From assembly GCA_002104905.1 (NCBI GenBank), contig MCFE01000322.1, positions 1 to 64,000 of the forward strand: a DNA stretch of 64,000 nucleotides. Reading direction: 5' to 3'. The DNA comes from Basidiobolus meristosporus CBS 931.73. Lineage: Eukaryota > Fungi > Basidiobolomycota. The translations under genes were made by a program, and so were the position numbers. The number at the start of each line of letters is the position of its first letter. The first letter of the stretch is position 1. Of the stretch, positions 62,181-64,000 are shown in pieces. The notes under the pieces are model-generated. The model worked only from the letters and a program-made list of their open reading frames with translations, did not search any database and had not been told where the DNA came from.

Positions 62181-64000
62181 TAGAGTGTTTTAAGGTGATA
62201 TATCCTTATATCATTCTCGCCGTAGAGCTGCAAAGTTTGAATTCGAAACGCTCACAGTGGTTAATATATGGATTTTGCTACACTCGGCATTCTTTATAAA
62301 TTAATATATCACCCGCATTGCTGCAACGAATCTGGATCCGGTCCTTTGTAACTTGAAAGGCATAGGTGTAAGGAATGGGAAAGCGGCCAAAAAAGGAAAC
62401 GCCACCCCACTGATCCTGCCTCCTAGTGATGTGGGTCATTGTTGTTCTGTTTTGGAGGGGATGATGAAAGGGAAATTCACACAAAGAAATGAAGCCATTA
62501 ACGATCTACGAAGTGCTCCTGAAATTAATAATGCTTGTGAATATTCCATTTCATTGCTATCTACATCATCACGTCTAAATCTGCCTTGACGCGTATCCAA
62601 ACCGAAGTCCGCATACCATCTGCTATCGATATCATCGTCACACATCATTTCTTGATGGATTTGGGATGAGCCGATATATGAGATACTGAAATTACATTTA
62701 CCCACCGCTTCCCAGAGGACAGCAATGGCTCTGCTGCTTCCAATAGCCATTTTTGAATGGCGAAATAAGCCCACACTCTGATTCAGCGGAGGGAATGGCG
62801 GATCTGTCAGATGCTTAGATAAGTGGCTAAAACCTAATATATCGATTAAGTGATGCTCAGGTATGCCGCACAATGCTCCAGGTTGCAAGCATCAGCCTCC
62901 CATTGATGATATCTCAGTATGATTGAACAAGAAACCCTCGTTTCAATTACTGATGGTCTTGGTGCCACACATTTAGCAATTGCTGAGTTCCAGTGGAATC
63001 CCCGATTTGAAGATGATTTATGCAATAGTCCAGTTTCATCCAGTACAGGGCACAGTTAAGATTCCAAGGGATGGAGGTTGGCTATTGGATGGACTCTCTT
63101 CCTTGCCACGCGTAGGTCGGGTTTATACGTCGCATGATAGATGTAAGGATGGAGTGTTTGCTGAATAGAGTAAAATGCTGTTGTCGATCTTTGCGGCCGA
63201 GTGCGCCTTCTAATTGGCCCCTAGAATAGCAGTGATTGGATATTGGTTGATGGAAGTCATGCAGTTCATCGCAGACGTGACTTGGGGTATTTCCAAATGT
63301 CAAAGTTAGATTGCGTCCTTTTTTTGGTCGAGTGGGTGGTTCAGATGAATGTGTATATATCAATGTAGATGTGATGTCGAGTTACGCAGATCAATATCTA
63401 GTAGGCTGGATACAGAGCACAGGGTAGGATGGTGCTTGATGTTGCGGGATACCAATGGGTGTTGTCAATCGCCATATCAATCACCGGGTTGAGCGCTCGT
63501 AAGGTCCCTCTTTGGTATTTCAATGCGCTTCCGGTAATCAATCGGATGCTCGAAATCCACCCAATTGCTTCTTGAAATGGGGGATACAGAGATCAGATAC
63601 TGAAAGAGAGATATCGTTACGTCAGTATATGATCTTTATGCTACACCGGACCTCAAATAAACGTGCACTCAATCTGTGTTGGCAAGGTGATATGTGGCAA
63701 GCGCTTTGGCATCACTTGGCAAGTCAAGTCACTGGTTTACCTCTATCACATTTCATGGGGGGTACTATCACCCTTGGTGTGGAGAAAGCCGGATAGGAGA
63801 TCGCAGCAACATTGCAGCACTTGCAGCTAATTTGGTTCATCATGGGGGTTTGACACCCCTTCATCGAGGACTGGTTGAGGTGAATCGTCAGATGAGACAT
63901 GCATTGATGCAGGTCATCCGTGCTGACAGTTGACTGATTGAACGCACCAATGCAATGCAATACCAGTAGCCAAGCCAGGCTCAGGTGTGGTCACTCGACC

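Noticed and set aside
62436-62888. 150-aa ORF with ADFGL (kinase DFG-like)
   Set aside because: It lacks HRD/xKxxN, the Gly-loop and VAIK, and the spacing is wrong. At most an unprovable relic.
63694-63933. GLTPLH ankyrin-like motif
   Set aside because: A single isolated motif without the rest of the repeat consensus.
1-64000. tRNA, rRNA, CRISPR arrays, selenoprotein (in-frame TGA) genes
   Set aside because: GTTCGA hits (e.g. ~49577, ~62083) lie inside coding exons without a cloverleaf. No spaced identical repeats were seen. No conserved gene needed TGA read-through. This was a visual scan only.

Overview
This is eukaryotic DNA, most likely from an early-diverging fungus. Short 50-110 nt GT-AG introns, septin, SEA4/MIOS, BEM46 and ssSPT point that way. 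Zoopagomycota/Mucoromycota (e.g. Basidiobolus-like) is an inference only. The window has two compartments. (1) Positions 1 to ~10.9 kb are a strongly CpG-depleted heap of Ty1/copia LTR retrotransposons. It holds one element with an uninterrupted gag-pol frame running off the left edge, solo and nested LTRs with target-site duplications (TSDs), and a ~730-bp fold-back palindrome. (2) Positions ~10.9-64 kb are a gene-dense arm with normal CpG. It encodes an S1/P1 nuclease, an EST1/SMG7-like protein, PEX22-like, BEM46/ABHD13, two tandem secreted bacterial-type CBM9-like proteins, threonine dehydrogenase, a secreted Cys-rich protein, a rolling-stone-like membrane protein, PDX2/SNO1, WDR76/CMR1, a septin, a CSC1/OSCA channel, MIOS/SEA4, MOG1, the SPT small subunit, an LRR-TM-SH3 receptor-like protein, a divergent intronless GPD and a coiled-coil-CBM20 protein. 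There is also a ~5-kb relic-filled gap at 23.4-28.7 kb. The best novelty candidates are: the CBM9-like pair (remodelled acidic site, conserved Kex2-like sites), the plant-type LRR receptor wired to an atypical SH3 tail, the non-catalytic coiled-coil-CBM20 protein, and the GPD paralog with altered active-site residues. All assignments come from manual translation and recalled family motifs. No database searches were run, and exon boundaries are manual predictions.
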